A stretch of DNA of 63,761 nucleotides, the filler included. It is 14 parts of 14 records of this genome, joined end to end, with 100 filler letters (N's around TTAATTAATTAA, not from the genome) between each part and the next. Parts side by side here need not be neighbours in the genome. Positions count along the whole stretch, not along the records: positions 11,823 to 18,661 come from SRR11831580_1154; positions 18,762 to 21,946 come from SRR11831580_1155; positions 22,047 to 25,177 come from SRR11831580_1178; positions 25,278 to 29,278 come from SRR11831580_1183; 10 more parts are not named here. One strand, 5' to 3'. The notes under the pieces were generated by a model. That model searched no databases. It was not told the DNA's origin and was given only the letters and a program-made list of their open reading frames with translations. The translations under genes and the position numbers were made by a program. Below are positions 11,847 to 25,449 of the stretch, piece by piece. The number at the start of each line of letters is the position of its first letter. The stretch's first letter is position 1.

Positions 11847-14717
11847 ATCGACAGCAGCGACTTTGACGCACACGAAATCCGCGTCGCGATCCACGACGGC
11901 TTTACCCTCGACGATCCTAAACGCCCGCGTAACTATTCGCCGCAGCAATATATGCGTAGCGAAGAGGAGATGTGTGAGCTGTTTGCCGACATCCCCGAAG
12001 CCCTTGCCAACACCGTTGAGATCGCCAAACGCTGTAACGTAACCGTGCGTCTTGGTGAATACTTCCTGCCGCAGTTCCCGACCGGGGACATGAGCACCGA
12101 AGATTATCTGGTCAAGCGTGCAAAAGAGGGCCTGGAAGAGCGTCTGGCCTTTTTATTCCCTGATGAGGAAGAACGTCTTAAGCGCCGCCCGGAATATGAC
12201 GAACGTCTGGAGACTGAACTTCAGGTTATCAACCAGATGGGCTTCCCGGGCTACTTCCTCATCGTTATGGAATTTATCCAGTGGTCGAAAGATAACGGCG
12301 TACCGGTAGGGCCAGGCCGTGGCTCCGGTGCGGGTTCACTGGTGGCCTACGCGCTGAAAATCACCGACCTCGATCCGCTGGAATTTGACCTGCTGTTCGA
12401 ACGTTTCCTTAACCCGGAACGTGTCTCCATGCCTGACTTCGACGTTGACTTCTGTATGGAGAAACGCGATCAGGTTATCGAGCACGTAGCGGACATGTAC
12501 GGTCGTGATGCGGTATCGCAGATCATCACCTTCGGTACAATGGCGGCGAAAGCGGTGATCCGCGACGTAGGCCGCGTGCTGGGGCATCCGTACGGCTTTG
12601 TCGATCGTATCTCGAAACTGATCCCGCCCGATCCGGGGATGACGCTGGCGAAAGCGTTTGAAGCCGAGCCGCAGCTGCCGGAAATCTACGAAGCGGATGA
12701 AGAAGTTAAGGCGCTGATCGACATGGCGCGCAAACTGGAAGGGGTCACCCGTAACGCCGGTAAGCACGCCGGTGGGGTGGTTATCGCGCCGACCAAAATT
12801 ACCGATTTTGCGCCGCTTTACTGCGATGAAGAGGGCAAACATCCGGTCACCCAGTTTGATAAAAGCGACGTTGAATACGCCGGACTGGTGAAGTTCGACT
12901 TCCTTGGTTTGCGTACGCTCACCATCATCAACTGGGCGCTGGAGATGATCAACAAGCGGCGGGCGAAGAATGGCGAGCCGCCGCTGGATATCGCTGCGAT
13001 CCCGCTGGATGATAAGAAAAGCTTCGACATGCTGCAACGCTCGGAAACCACGGCGGTATTCCAGCTTGAATCGCGCGGCATGAAGGACCTGATCAAGCGT
13101 CTACAACCTGACTGCTTCGAAGATATGATCGCCCTAGTGGCACTGTTCCGCCCCGGTCCGTTGCAATCAGGGATGGTGGATAACTTTATCGACCGTAAAC
13201 ATGGTCGTGAAGAGATCTCCTATCCGGACGTACAGTGGCAGCATGAAAGCCTGAAACCGGTACTGGAGCCAACCTACGGCATTATCCTGTATCAGGAACA
13301 GGTCATGCAGATTGCGCAGGTGCTTTCTGGTTATACCCTCGGTGGCGCGGATATGCTGCGTCGTGCGATGGGTAAGAAAAAGCCGGAAGAGATGGCTAAG
13401 CAACGTTCTGTATTTGCTGAAGGTGCAGAAAAGAACGGAATCAACGCTGAACTGGCGATGAAAATCTTCGACCTGGTGGAGAAATTCGCTGGTTACGGAT
13501 TTAACAAATCGCACTCTGCGGCCTATGCTTTGGTGTCATATCAAACGTTATGGCTGAAAGCGCACTATCCTGCGGAGTTTATGGCGGCGGTAATGACCGC
13601 CGATATGGACAACACCGAGAAGGTGGTGGGTCTGGTGGATGAGTGCTGGCGGATGGGGCTGAAAATCCTGCCACCAGATATAAACTCCGGTCTTTACCAT
13701 TTCCACGTCAACGACGACGGCGAAATCGTGTATGGTATTGGCGCGATCAAAGGGGTCGGTGAAGGTCCGATTGAGGCCATCATCGAAGCCCGTAATAAAG
13801 GCGGCTACTTCCGCGAACTGTTTGATCTCTGCGCCCGTACCGACACCAAAAAGTTGAACCGTCGCGTGCTGGAAAAACTGATCATGTCCGGGGCGTTTGA
13901 CCGTCTTGGGCCACATCGCGCAGCGCTGATGAACTCGCTGGGCGATGCGTTAAAAGCGGCAGATCAACACGCGAAAGCGGAAGCTATCGGTCAGGCCGAT
14001 ATGTTCGGCGTGCTGGCCGAAGAGCCGGAACAAATTGAACAATCCTACGCCAGCTGCCAACCGTGGCCGGAGCAGGTGGTATTAGATGGGGAACGTGAAA
14101 CGTTAGGCCTGTACCTGACCGGACACCCTATCAACCAGTATTTAAAAGAGATTGAGCGTTATGTCGGAGGCGTAAGGCTGAAAGACATGCACCCGACAGA
14201 ACGTGGTAAAGTCATCACGGCTGCGGGGCTCGTTGTTGCCGCGCGGGTTATGGTCACCAAGCGCGGCAATCGTATCGGTATCTGCACGCTGGATGACCGT
14301 TCCGGGCGGCTGGAAGTGATGTTGTTTACTGACGCCCTGGATAAATACCAGCAATTGCTGGAAAAAGACCGCATACTTATCGTCAGCGGACAGGTCAGCT
14401 TTGATGACTTCAGCGGTGGGCTTAAAATGACCGCTCGCGAAGTGATGGATATTGACGAAGCCCGGGAAAAATATGCTCGCGGGCTTGCTATCTCGCTGAC
14501 GGACAGGCAAATTGATGACCAGCTTTTAAACCGACTCCGTCAGTCTCTGGAACCCCACCGCTCTGGGACAATTCCAGTACATCTCTACTATCAGAGGGCG
14601 GATGCACGCGCGCGGTTGCGTTTTGGCGCGACGTGGCGTGTCTCTCCGAGCGATCGTTTATTAAACGATCTCCGTGGCCTCATTGGTTCGGAGCAGGTGG
14701 AACTGGAGTTTGACTAA
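11847..14717 (+). CDS. dnaE: DNA polymerase III alpha subunit, 5'-truncated
   Basis: GPGRGS, PDFDVD catalytic motif, QADMF clamp-binding motif; ends QVELEFD. Confidence 0.98.
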   Translation: MDSSDFDAHEIRVAIHDGFTLDDPKRPRNYSPQQYMRSEEEMCELFADIPEALANTVEIAKRCNVTVRLGEYFLPQFPTGDMSTEDYLVKRAKEGLEERLAFLFPDEEERLKRRPEYDERLETELQVINQMGFPGYFLIVMEFIQWSKDNGVPVGPGRGSGAGSLVAYALKITDLDPLEFDLLFERFLNPERVSMPDFDVDFCMEKRDQVIEHVADMYGRDAVSQIITFGTMAAKAVIRDVGRVLGHPYGFVDRISKLIPPDPGMTLAKAFEAEPQLPEIYEADEEVKALIDMARKLEGVTRNAGKHAGGVVIAPTKITDFAPLYCDEEGKHPVTQFDKSDVEYAGLVKFDFLGLRTLTIINWALEMINKRRAKNGEPPLDIAAIPLDDKKSFDMLQRSETTAVFQLESRGMKDLIKRLQPDCFEDMIALVALFRPGPLQSGMVDNFIDRKHGREEISYPDVQWQHESLKPVLEPTYGIILYQEQVMQIAQVLSGYTLGGADMLRRAMGKKKPEEMAKQRSVFAEGAEKNGINAELAMKIFDLVEKFAGYGFNKSHSAAYALVSYQTLWLKAHYPAEFMAAVMTADMDNTEKVVGLVDECWRMGLKILPPDINSGLYHFHVNDDGEIVYGIGAIKGVGEGPIEAIIEARNKGGYFRELFDLCARTDTKKLNRRVLEKLIMSGAFDRLGPHRAALMNSLGDALKAADQHAKAEAIGQADMFGVLAEEPEQIEQSYASCQPWPEQVVLDGERETLGLYLTGHPINQYLKEIERYVGGVRLKDMHPTERGKVITAAGLVVAARVMVTKRGNRIGICTLDDRSGRLEVMLFTDALDKYQQLLEKDRILIVSGQVSFDDFSGGLKMTAREVMDIDEAREKYARGLAISLTDRQIDDQLLNRLRQSLEPHRSGTIPVHLYYQRADARARLRFGATWRVSPSDRLLNDLRGLIGSEQVELEFD

Positions 14718-14729
14718 TACAGGAATACT

Positions 14730-15689
14730 ATGAGTCTGAATTTCCTTGATTTTGAACAGCCGATTGCAGAGCTGGAAGCGAAAATCGATTCTCTGACTGC
14801 GGTTAGCCGTCAGGATGAGAAACTGGATATTAACATCGATGAAGAAGTGCATCGTCTGCGTGAAAAAAGCGTAGAACTGACACGTAAAATCTTCGCCGAT
14901 CTCGGTGCATGGCAGATTGCGCAACTGGCACGCCATCCACAGCGTCCTTATACCCTGGATTACGTTCGCCTGGCATTTGATGAATTTGACGAACTGGCTG
15001 GCGACCGCGCGTATGCAGACGATAAAGCTATCGTCGGTGGTATCGCCCGTCTCGATGGTCGTCCGGTGATGATCATTGGTCATCAAAAAGGTCGTGAAAC
15101 CAAAGAAAAAATTCGCCGTAACTTTGGTATGCCAGCGCCAGAAGGTTACCGCAAAGCACTGCGTCTGATGCAAATGGCTGAACGCTTTAAGATGCCTATC
15201 ATCACCTTTATCGACACCCCGGGGGCTTATCCTGGCGTGGGCGCAGAAGAGCGTGGTCAGTCTGAAGCCATTGCACGCAACCTGCGTGAAATGTCTCGCC
15301 TCGGCGTACCGGTAGTTTGTACGGTTATCGGTGAAGGTGGTTCTGGCGGTGCGCTGGCGATTGGCGTGGGCGATAAAGTGAATATGCTGCAATACAGCAC
15401 CTATTCCGTTATCTCGCCGGAAGGTTGTGCGTCCATTCTGTGGAAGAGCGCCGACAAAGCGCCGCTGGCGGCTGAAGCGATGGGTATCATTGCTCCGCGT
15501 CTGAAAGAACTGAAACTGATCGACTCCATCATCCCGGAACCACTGGGTGGTGCTCACCGTAACCCGGAAGCGATGGCGGCATCGTTGAAAGCGCAACTGC
15601 TGGCGGATCTGGCCGATCTCGACGTGTTAAGCACTGAAGATTTAAAAAATCGTCGTTATCAGCGCCTGATGAGCTACGGTTACGCGTAA
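14730..15689 (+). CDS. accA: Acetyl-CoA carboxylase carboxyltransferase alpha subunit
   Basis: [11 protein letters not shown] start; GEGGSGGA motif; follows dnaE. Confidence 0.98.
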   Translation: MSLNFLDFEQPIAELEAKIDSLTAVSRQDEKLDINIDEEVHRLREKSVELTRKIFADLGAWQIAQLARHPQRPYTLDYVRLAFDEFDELAGDRAYADDKAIVGGIARLDGRPVMIIGHQKGRETKEKIRRNFGMPAPEGYRKALRLMQMAERFKMPIITFIDTPGAYPGVGAEERGQSEAIARNLREMSRLGVPVVCTVIGEGGSGGALAIGVGDKVNMLQYSTYSVISPEGCASILWKSADKAPLAAEAMGIIAPRLKELKLIDSIIPEPLGGAHRNPEAMAASLKAQLLADLADLDVLSTEDLKNRRYQRLMSYGYA

Positions 15690-15704
15690 TTCGCAAAAGT
15701 TCTG

Positions 15705-15733
15705 AAAAAGGGTCACTTCGGTGGCCCTTTTTT
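15705..15733 (+). terminator. Intrinsic terminator after accA
   Basis: AAAAAGGGTCAC-TTCG-GTGGCCCTTTTTTT. Confidence 0.85.
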
Positions 15734-15787
15734 ATCGCCACGGTTTGAGCAGGCTATGATTAAGGAAGGATTTTCCAGGAGGAACAC

Positions 15788-17929
15788 ATGAACATCATTG
15801 CCATTATGGGACCGCATGGCGTCTTTTATAAAGATGAGCCCATCAAAGAACTGGAGTCGGCGCTGGTGGCGCAAGGCTTTCAGATTATCTGGCCACAAAA
15901 CAGCGTTGATTTGCTGAAATTTATCGAGCATAACCCTCGAATTTGCGGCGTGATTTTTGACTGGGATGAGTACAGTCTCGATTTATGTAGCGATATCAAT
16001 CAGCTTAATGAATATCTCCCGCTTTATGCCTTCATCAACACCCACTCGACGATGGATGTCAGCGTGCAGGATATGCGGATGGCGCTCTGGTTTTTTGAAT
16101 ATGCGCTGGGGCAGGCGGAAGATATCGCCATTCGTATGCGTCAGTACACCGACGAATATCTTGATAACATTACACCGCCGTTCACGAAAGCCTTGTTTAC
16201 CTACGTCAAAGAGCGGAAGTACACCTTTTGTACGCCGGGGCATATGGGCGGCACCGCATATCAAAAAAGCCCGGTTGGCTGTCTGTTTTATGATTTTTTC
16301 GGCGGGAATACTCTTAAGGCTGATGTCTCTATTTCGGTCACCGAGCTTGGTTCGTTGCTCGACCACACCGGGCCACACCTGGAAGCGGAAGAGTACATCG
16401 CGCGGACTTTTGGCGCGGAACAGAGTTATATCGTTACCAACGGAACATCGACGTCGAACAAAATTGTGGGTATGTACGCCGCGCCATCCGGCAGTACGCT
16501 GTTGATCGACCGCAATTGTCATAAATCGCTGGCGCATCTGTTGATGATGAACGATGTAGTGCCAGTCTGGCTGAAACCGACGCGTAATGCGTTGGGGATT
16601 CTTGGTGGGATCCCGCGCCGTGAATTTACTCGCGACAGCATCGAAGAGAAAGTCGCTGCTACCACGCAAGCACAATGGCCGGTTCATGCGGTGATCACCA
16701 ACTCCACCTATGATGGCTTGCTCTACAACACCGACTGGATCAAACAGACGCTGGATGTCCCGTCGATTCACTTCGATTCTGCCTGGGTGCCGTACACCCA
16801 TTTTCATCCGATCTACCAGGGTAAAAGTGGTATGAGCGGCGAGCGTGTTGCGGGAAAAGTGATCTTCGAAACGCAATCGACCCACAAAATGCTGGCGGCG
16901 TTATCGCAGGCTTCGCTGATCCACATTAAAGGCGAGTATGACGAAGAGGCCTTTAACGAAGCCTTTATGATGCATACCACCACCTCGCCCAGTTATCCCA
17001 TTGTTGCTTCGGTTGAGACGGCGGCGGCGATGCTGCGTGGTAATCCGGGCAAACGGCTGATTAACCGTTCAGTAGAACGAGCTCTGCATTTTCGCAAAGA
17101 GGTCCAGCGGCTGCGGGAAGAGTCTGACGGTTGGTTTTTCGATATCTGGCAACCGCCGCAGGTGGATGAAGCCGAATGCTGGCCCGTTGCGCCTGGCGAA
17201 CAGTGGCACGGCTTTAACGATGCGGATGCCGATCATATGTTTCTCGATCCGGTTAAAGTCACTATTTTGACACCGGGGATGGACGAGCAGGGCAATATGA
17301 GCGAGGAGGGGATCCCGGCGGCGCTGGTAGCAAAATTCCTCGACGAACGTGGGATCGTAGTAGAGAAAACCGGCCCTTATAACCTGCTGTTTCTCTTTAG
17401 TATTGGCATCGATAAAACCAAAGCAATGGGATTATTGCGTGGGTTGACGGAATTCAAACGCTCTTACGATCTCAACCTGCGGATCAAAAATATGCTACCC
17501 GATCTCTATGCAGAAGATCCCGATTTCTACCGCAATATGCGTATTCAGGATCTGGCACAAGGGATCCATAAGCTGATTCGTAAACACGATCTTCCCGGTT
17601 TGATGTTGCGGGCATTCGATACTTTGCCGGAGATGATCATGACGCCACATCAGGCATGGCAACGACAAATTAAAGGCGAAGTAGAAACCATTGCGCTGGA
17701 ACAACTGGTCGGTAGAGTATCGGCAAATATGATCCTGCCTTATCCACCGGGCGTACCGCTGTTGATGCCTGGAGAAATGCTGACCAAAGAGAGCCGCACA
17801 GTACTCGATTTTCTACTGATGCTTTGTTCCGTCGGGCAACATTACCCCGGTTTTGAAACGGATATTCACGGCGCGAAACAGGACGAAGACGGCGTTTACC
17901 GCGTACGAGTCCTAAAAATGGCGGGATAA
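15788..17929 (+). CDS. ldcC: Constitutive lysine decarboxylase 2
   Basis: 713 aa; PLP motif ETQSTHKML; located after accA. Confidence 0.97.
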   Translation: MNIIAIMGPHGVFYKDEPIKELESALVAQGFQIIWPQNSVDLLKFIEHNPRICGVIFDWDEYSLDLCSDINQLNEYLPLYAFINTHSTMDVSVQDMRMALWFFEYALGQAEDIAIRMRQYTDEYLDNITPPFTKALFTYVKERKYTFCTPGHMGGTAYQKSPVGCLFYDFFGGNTLKADVSISVTELGSLLDHTGPHLEAEEYIARTFGAEQSYIVTNGTSTSNKIVGMYAAPSGSTLLIDRNCHKSLAHLLMMNDVVPVWLKPTRNALGILGGIPRREFTRDSIEEKVAATTQAQWPVHAVITNSTYDGLLYNTDWIKQTLDVPSIHFDSAWVPYTHFHPIYQGKSGMSGERVAGKVIFETQSTHKMLAALSQASLIHIKGEYDEEAFNEAFMMHTTTSPSYPIVASVETAAAMLRGNPGKRLINRSVERALHFRKEVQRLREESDGWFFDIWQPPQVDEAECWPVAPGEQWHGFNDADADHMFLDPVKVTILTPGMDEQGNMSEEGIPAALVAKFLDERGIVVEKTGPYNLLFLFSIGIDKTKAMGLLRGLTEFKRSYDLNLRIKNMLPDLYAEDPDFYRNMRIQDLAQGIHKLIRKHDLPGLMLRAFDTLPEMIMTPHQAWQRQIKGEVETIALEQLVGRVSANMILPYPPGVPLLMPGEMLTKESRTVLDFLLMLCSVGQHYPGFETDIHGAKQDEDGVYRVRVLKMAG

Positions 17930-17985
17930 CTTGCCAGAGCGGCTTCCGGGCGAGTAACGTGCTGTTAACAAATAAAGGAGACGTT

Positions 17986-18375
17986 ATGCTGGGTTTAAAA
18001 CAGGTTCACCATATTGCGATTATTGCGACGGATTATGCGGTGAGCAAAGCTTTCTACTGCGATATTCTTGGTTTCACGCTGCAAAGCGAAGTCTATCGCG
18101 AAGCGCGCGACTCATGGAAAGGGGATTTGGCGCTTAATGGGCAATATGTGATTGAGCTTTTCTCATTTCCGTTCCCGCCGGAACGACCCAGCCGACCGGA
18201 AGCTTGCGGTCTGCGTCATCTGGCTTTTAGCGTTGATGACATCGATGCGGCAGTGGCGCACCTTGAAAGCCATAACGTGAAGTGTGAAACCATCCGTGTC
18301 GATCCATACACGCAAAAACGCTTCACCTTCTTTAACGATCCGGACGGGCTGCCGTTGGAACTGTATGAGCAGTAA
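17986..18375 (+). CDS. yaeR: VOC/glyoxalase family protein (129 aa)
   Basis: HHIAII, HLAFSV and DPDGLPLEL motifs; AGGAG RBS before ATG 17986. Confidence 0.92.
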   Translation: MLGLKQVHHIAIIATDYAVSKAFYCDILGFTLQSEVYREARDSWKGDLALNGQYVIELFSFPFPPERPSRPEACGLRHLAFSVDDIDAAVAHLESHNVKCETIRVDPYTQKRFTFFNDPDGLPLELYEQ

Positions 18376-18439
18376 GGCTTGTCATCGCCGCATTTGCCCG
18401 GTAACGTGCCGGGCATTGCTACTGTAAAATCGCACCATC

Positions 18440-18661
18440 ATGACACTCACGCTCAATAGACAACTTCTCACCTCACGCCAGATTCTGGTGGCCTTTAGCG
18501 GCGGGCTTGACTCCACCGTTCTGCTGCATCAGTTGGTGCAGTGGCGGACGGAAAATCCGGGTGTCGCTCTGCGCGCTATTCATGTGCATCACGGTTTAAG
18601 TGCCAATGCCGATGCCTGGGTTACGCATTGCGAAAACGTCTGCCAACAGTGGCAGGTGCCG
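18440..18661 (+). CDS. tilS: tRNA(Ile)-lysidine synthetase, 3'-truncated
   Basis: PP-loop [14 protein letters not shown]. Confidence 0.95.
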
Positions 18662-18761
18662 NNNNNNNNNNNNNNNNNNNNNNNNNNNNNNNNNNNNNNN
18701 NNNNNTTAATTAATTAANNNNNNNNNNNNNNNNNNNNNNNNNNNNNNNNNNNNNNNNNNNN

Positions 18762-18786
18762 GCATACATTATACGAAGTTATACGA
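18762..18786 (+). other. 3' part of the 454 Titanium paired-end (loxP-containing) linker
   Basis: GCATACATTATACGAAGTTATACGA at contig start: loxP spacer and arm plus the linker's ACGA flank. Confidence 0.92.
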
Positions 18787-19321
<535 letters not shown>

Positions 19322-19339
19322 CCTTTGAAAGGTGGCGGG

Positions 19340-20677
19340 ATGATGTATCGCATCAGAAATTGGTTGGTAGCGACGCTGCTGCTGCTGTGCACGCCGGTGG
19401 GTGCCGCGACGCTCTCTGATATTCAGGTTTCTAACGGTAATCAACAGGCGCGGATAACGTTGAGTTTTATTGGCGATCCTGATTATGCGTTTAGCCATCA
19501 AAGCAAACGCACCGTGGCGCTCGATATCAAACAAACGGGCGTGATTCAGGGACTGCCGTTGTTGTTCAGCGGCAATAATCTGGTGAAGGCGATTCGCTCT
19601 GGAACGCCTAAAGATGCACAAACGCTACGGCTGGTGGTCGATCTTACCGAAAACGGTAAAACCGAAGCGGTGAAGCGGCAGAATGGCAGCAATTACACTG
19701 TCGTCTTTACGATTAACGCCGATGTGCCGCCACCGCCTCCTCCGCCGCCCGTGGTTGCGAAACGCGTTGAAACGCCTGCGGTTGTCGCACCGCGCGTCAG
19801 CGAACCGGCGCGCAATCCGTTTAAAACGGAAAGTAACCGCACTACGGGTGTTATCAGCAGTAATACGGTAACGCGTCCGGCAGCGCGCGCGACGGCTAAC
19901 ACTGGCGATAAAATTATCATCGCTATTGATGCCGGACACGGCGGTCAGGACCCTGGCGCTATCGGCCCCGGTGGTACGCGGGAGAAAAATGTCACCATCG
20001 CCATCGCGCGTAAATTGCGTACTTTGCTCAATGACGATCCGATGTTTAAAGGCGTTTTAACCCGTGACGGGGATTACTTTATCTCGGTGATGGGGCGCAG
20101 TGATGTGGCACGTAAGCAAAACGCCAATTTCCTCGTGTCGATTCACGCTGATGCCGCACCGAACCGCAGTGCGACTGGCGCTTCCGTATGGGTGCTCTCT
20201 AACCGTCGCGCCAACAGTGAAATGGCCAGCTGGCTGGAGCAGCACGAGAAACAGTCGGAGCTGCTGGGTGGGGCGGGTGATGTGCTGGCGAACAGTCAGT
20301 CTGACCCCTATTTAAGCCAGGCGGTGCTGGATTTACAGTTCGGTCATTCCCAGCGGGTAGGGTATGATGTAGCGACCAGTATGATCAGTCAGTTGCAACG
20401 CATTGGCGAAATACATAAACGTCGACCAGAACACGCCAGCCTTGGCGTTCTGCGCTCGCCGGATATCCCATCAGTACTGGTCGAAACCGGTTTTATCAGC
20501 AACAACAGCGAAGAACGTTTGCTGGCGAGCGACGATTACCAACAACAGCTGGCAGAAGCCATTTACAAAGGCCTGCGCAATTACTTCCTTGCGCATCCGA
20601 TGCAATCTGCGCCGCAGGGTGCAACGGCACAAACTGCCAGTACGGTGACGACGCCAGATCGCACGCTGCCAAACTAA
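19340..20677 (+). CDS. amiB: N-acetylmuramoyl-L-alanine amidase B
   Basis: Signal peptide, poly-Pro linker, IDAGHGG and SIHAD motifs. Confidence 0.97.
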
Positions 20678-20686
20678 GGACGATTG

Positions 20687-21946
20687 ATGCCAATTCAGGT
20701 CTTACCGCCACAACTGGCGAACCAGATTGCCGCAGGTGAGGTGGTCGAGCGACCTGCGTCGGTAGTCAAAGAACTAGTGGAAAACAGCCTCGATGCAGGT
20801 GCGACGCGTATCGATATTGATATCGAACGCGGTGGGGCGAAACTTATCCGCATTCGTGATAACGGCTGCGGTATCAAAAAAGATGAGCTGGCGCTGGCGC
20901 TGGCTCGTCATGCCACCAGTAAAATCGCCTCTCTGGACGATCTCGAAGCCATTATCAGCCTGGGCTTTCGCGGTGAGGCGCTGGCGAGTATCAGTTCGGT
21001 TTCCCGCCTGACGCTCACTTCACGCACCGCAGAACAGCAGGAAGCCTGGCAGGCCTATGCCGAAGGGCGCGATATGAACGTGACGGTAAAACCGGCGGCG
21101 CATCCTGTGGGGACGACGCTGGAGGTGCTGGATCTGTTCTACAACACCCCGGCGCGGCGCAAATTCCTGCGCACCGAGAAAACCGAATTTAACCACATTG
21201 ATGAGATCATCCGCCGCATTGCGCTGGCGCGTTTCGACGTCACGATCAACCTGTCGCATAACGGTAAAATTGTGCGTCAGTACCGCGCAGTGCCGGAAGG
21301 CGGGCAAAAAGAACGGCGCTTAGGCGCGATTTGCGGCACCGCTTTTCTTGAACAAGCGCTGGCGATTGAATGGCAACACGGCGATCTCACGCTACGCGGC
21401 TGGGTGGCCGATCCAAATCACACCACGCCCGCACTGGCAGAAATTCAGTATTGCTACGTGAACGGTCGCATGATGCGCGATCGCCTGATCAATCACGCGA
21501 TCCGCCAGGCCTGCGAAGACAAACTGGGGGCCGATCAGCAACCGGCATTTGTGTTGTATCTGGAGATCGACCCACATCAGGTGGACGTCAACGTGCACCC
21601 CGCCAAACACGAAGTGCGTTTCCATCAGTCGCGTCTGGTGCATGATTTTATCTATCAGGGCGTGCTGAGCGTGCTACAACAGCAACTGGAAACGCCGCTA
21701 CCGCTGGACGATGAACCCCAACCTGCACCGCGTTCCATTCCGGAAAACCGCGTGGCGGCGGGGCGCAATCACTTTGCAGAACCGGCAGCTCGTGAGCCGG
21801 TAGCTCCGCGCTACACTCCTGCGCCAGCATCAGGCAGTCGTCCGGCTGCCCCCTGGCCGAATGCGCAGCCAGGCTACCAGAAACAGCAAGGTGAAGTGTA
21901 TCGCCAGCTTTTGCAAACGCCCGCGCCGATGCAAAAATTAAAAGCG
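20687..21946 (+). CDS. mutL: Mismatch repair protein MutL, 3'-truncated
   Basis: [15 protein letters not shown] and GFRGEAL GHKL motifs. Confidence 0.98.
20887..20904 (+). repeat. (GCTGGC)3 in-frame tandem repeat encoding LALALA in MutL
   Basis: Three perfect copies seen directly. Confidence 0.9.
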
Positions 21947-22046
21947 NNNNNNNNNNNNNNNNNNNNNNNNNNNNNNNNNNNNNNNNNNNNTTAATTAATT
22001 AANNNNNNNNNNNNNNNNNNNNNNNNNNNNNNNNNNNNNNNNNNNN

Positions 22047-22337
22047 TTTAACTCATCAGTATTTAGTCCGGAACGCGCCAACTATTATCGCTGCCTGCAA
22101 ACGTTGTTATTACTGGCACAGGAAGAAGATCGCCAGCCGCTGCAATATCTGAATGCGTTTGTTCGCATGTACGGCGCAGATGCCGTAGAAGCCGCCAGTG
22201 CGGCAATGAGCGGCGAAGCGGCGTTTTACGGCCTGCAACCGGTAGATAGCGATCTGCACGCGTTTGCTGCACATCAGTCGTTGTTGAAGGCCTACGAAAA
22301 GCTGCAGCGCGCCAAAGCAGCATTCTGGGCAAAATAA
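22047..22337 (+). CDS. ycaO: YcaO, 3' end only
   Basis: Open frame from contig start to ...QRAKAAFWAK*; upstream of focA. Confidence 0.88.
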   Translation, partial: FNSSVFSPERANYYRCLQTLLLLAQEEDRQPLQYLNAFVRMYGADAVEAASAAMSGEAAFYGLQPVDSDLHAFAAHQSLLKAYEKLQRAKAAFWAK

Positions 22338-22667
22338 AATCAAATAGCCTACGCAATGTAGGCTTAATGATTAGTCTGAGTTATATTACGGGGCGTTTTT
22401 TTAATGCCCCGCTTTACATATATTTGCATTAATAAAATAATTGTAATTATAAGGTTAAATATCGGTAATTTGTATTTAATAAATACGATCGATATTGTTA
22501 CTTTATTCGCCTGATGCTCCCTTTTAATTAACTGTTTTAGCGGAGGATGCGGAAAAAATTCAACTCATTTGTTAATTTTTAAAATTTATTTTATTTGGAT
22601 AATCAAATATTTACTCCGTATTTGCATAAAAACCATGCGAGTTACGGGCCTATAAGCCAGGCGAGAT

Positions 22668-22681
22668 ATGATCTATATCAA
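22668..22681 (+). promoter_or_regulatory. FNR-type box of the anaerobic focA-pflB promoter
   Basis: ATGATctatATCAA, one mismatch to TTGAT-N4-ATCAA, about 60 bp upstream of focA in AT-rich DNA. Confidence 0.75.
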
Positions 22682-22741
22682 TTTCTCATCTATAATGCTT
22701 TGTTAGTATCTCGTCGCCGACTTAATAAAGAGAGAGTTAGT

Positions 22742-23599
22742 GTGAAAGCTGACAACCCTTTTGATCTTTTACTTCCTGCTGCAATGGCCAAAGTGGCCGA
22801 AGAGGCGGGTGTCTATAAAGCAACGAAACATCCGCTTAAGACTTTCTATCTGGCGATTACCGCCGGTGTTTTCATCTCAATCGCATTCGTCTTCTATATC
22901 ACAGCAACCACTGGCACAGGCACAATGCCCTTCGGCATGGCAAAACTGGTTGGCGGCATTTGCTTCTCTCTGGGGCTGATTCTTTGTGTTGTCTGCGGAG
23001 CCGATCTCTTTACTTCCACCGTGTTGATTGTTGTTGCTAAGGCGAGTGGGCGCATCACCTGGGGTCAGTTGGCGAAAAACTGGCTAAATGTCTATTTTGG
23101 CAACCTGGTCGGCGCACTGCTGTTTGTACTTTTAATGTGGCTTTCCGGCGAGTATATGACCGCAAATGGTCAATGGGGACTAAACGTCCTACAAACCGCC
23201 GACCACAAAGTGCACCATACTTTTATTGAGGCCGTCTGTCTTGGTATCCTGGCAAACCTGATGGTATGTCTGGCAGTATGGATGAGTTATTCTGGCCGCA
23301 GCCTGATGGACAAAGCGTTCATTATGGTGCTGCCGGTCGCGATGTTTGTTGCCAGCGGTTTTGAGCACAGTATCGCAAACATGTTTATGATCCCGATGGG
23401 TATTGTAATCCGCGACTTCGCATCCCCGGAATTTTGGACCGCAGTCGGTTCTGCACCGGAAAATTTTTCTCACCTGACCGTGATGAATTTCATCACTGAT
23501 AACCTGATTCCGGTTACGATCGGCAACATTATCGGTGGTGGTTTGTTGGTTGGGTTGACATACTGGGTCATTTACCTGCGTGAAAACGACCACCATTAA
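22742..23599 (+). CDS. focA: Formate channel FocA (GTG start, 285 aa)
   Basis: GADLFTS, GNLVG and FEHSIANM FNT-family motifs. Confidence 0.97.
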   Translation: MKADNPFDLLLPAAMAKVAEEAGVYKATKHPLKTFYLAITAGVFISIAFVFYITATTGTGTMPFGMAKLVGGICFSLGLILCVVCGADLFTSTVLIVVAKASGRITWGQLAKNWLNVYFGNLVGALLFVLLMWLSGEYMTANGQWGLNVLQTADHKVHHTFIEAVCLGILANLMVCLAVWMSYSGRSLMDKAFIMVLPVAMFVASGFEHSIANMFMIPMGIVIRDFASPEFWTAVGSAPENFSHLTVMNFITDNLIPVTIGNIIGGGLLVGLTYWVIYLRENDHH

Positions 23600-23653
23600 T
23601 GGTTGTCGAAGTACGCAGTAAATAAAAAATCCACTTAAGAAGGTAGGTGTTAC

Positions 23654-25177
<1,524 letters not shown>

Positions 25178-25277
25178 NNNNNNNNNNNNNNNNNNNNNNN
25201 NNNNNNNNNNNNNNNNNNNNNTTAATTAATTAANNNNNNNNNNNNNNNNNNNNNNNNNNNNNNNNNNNNNNNNNNNN

Positions 25278-25439
25278 AGGGAGTTTTTCCACCACTTTGC
25301 TAAAGCCTCGGTTCATATTTAGCCCGTGGTCAGCATCGCCAATTTCGCGATCCAGTCCGGTAAGATACTCGCTCTCGGTGCTGAAAATATCGCCACAACG
25401 AGTGAGCCAGTTAACAATTTGAGTTCTGCTCAGTGACAT
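25278..25439 (-). CDS. dhaL: Dihydroxyacetone kinase subunit L, 5' fragment
   Basis: MSLSRTQ...LDREIGDADHG. Confidence 0.93.
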
Positions 25440-25449
25440 TGCTTTCTCC

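Noticed and set aside
14661..16885. 311-aa and 300-aa minus-strand ORFs
   Set aside because: Antisense to accA and ldcC; no motifs
22595..22741. N-terminal extensions in the ORF track (focA here; also rho, trxA, livJ, ycaM, nupG, mutY, dhaK)
   Set aside because: Longest-ORF artefacts; known starts and RBS positions lie downstream
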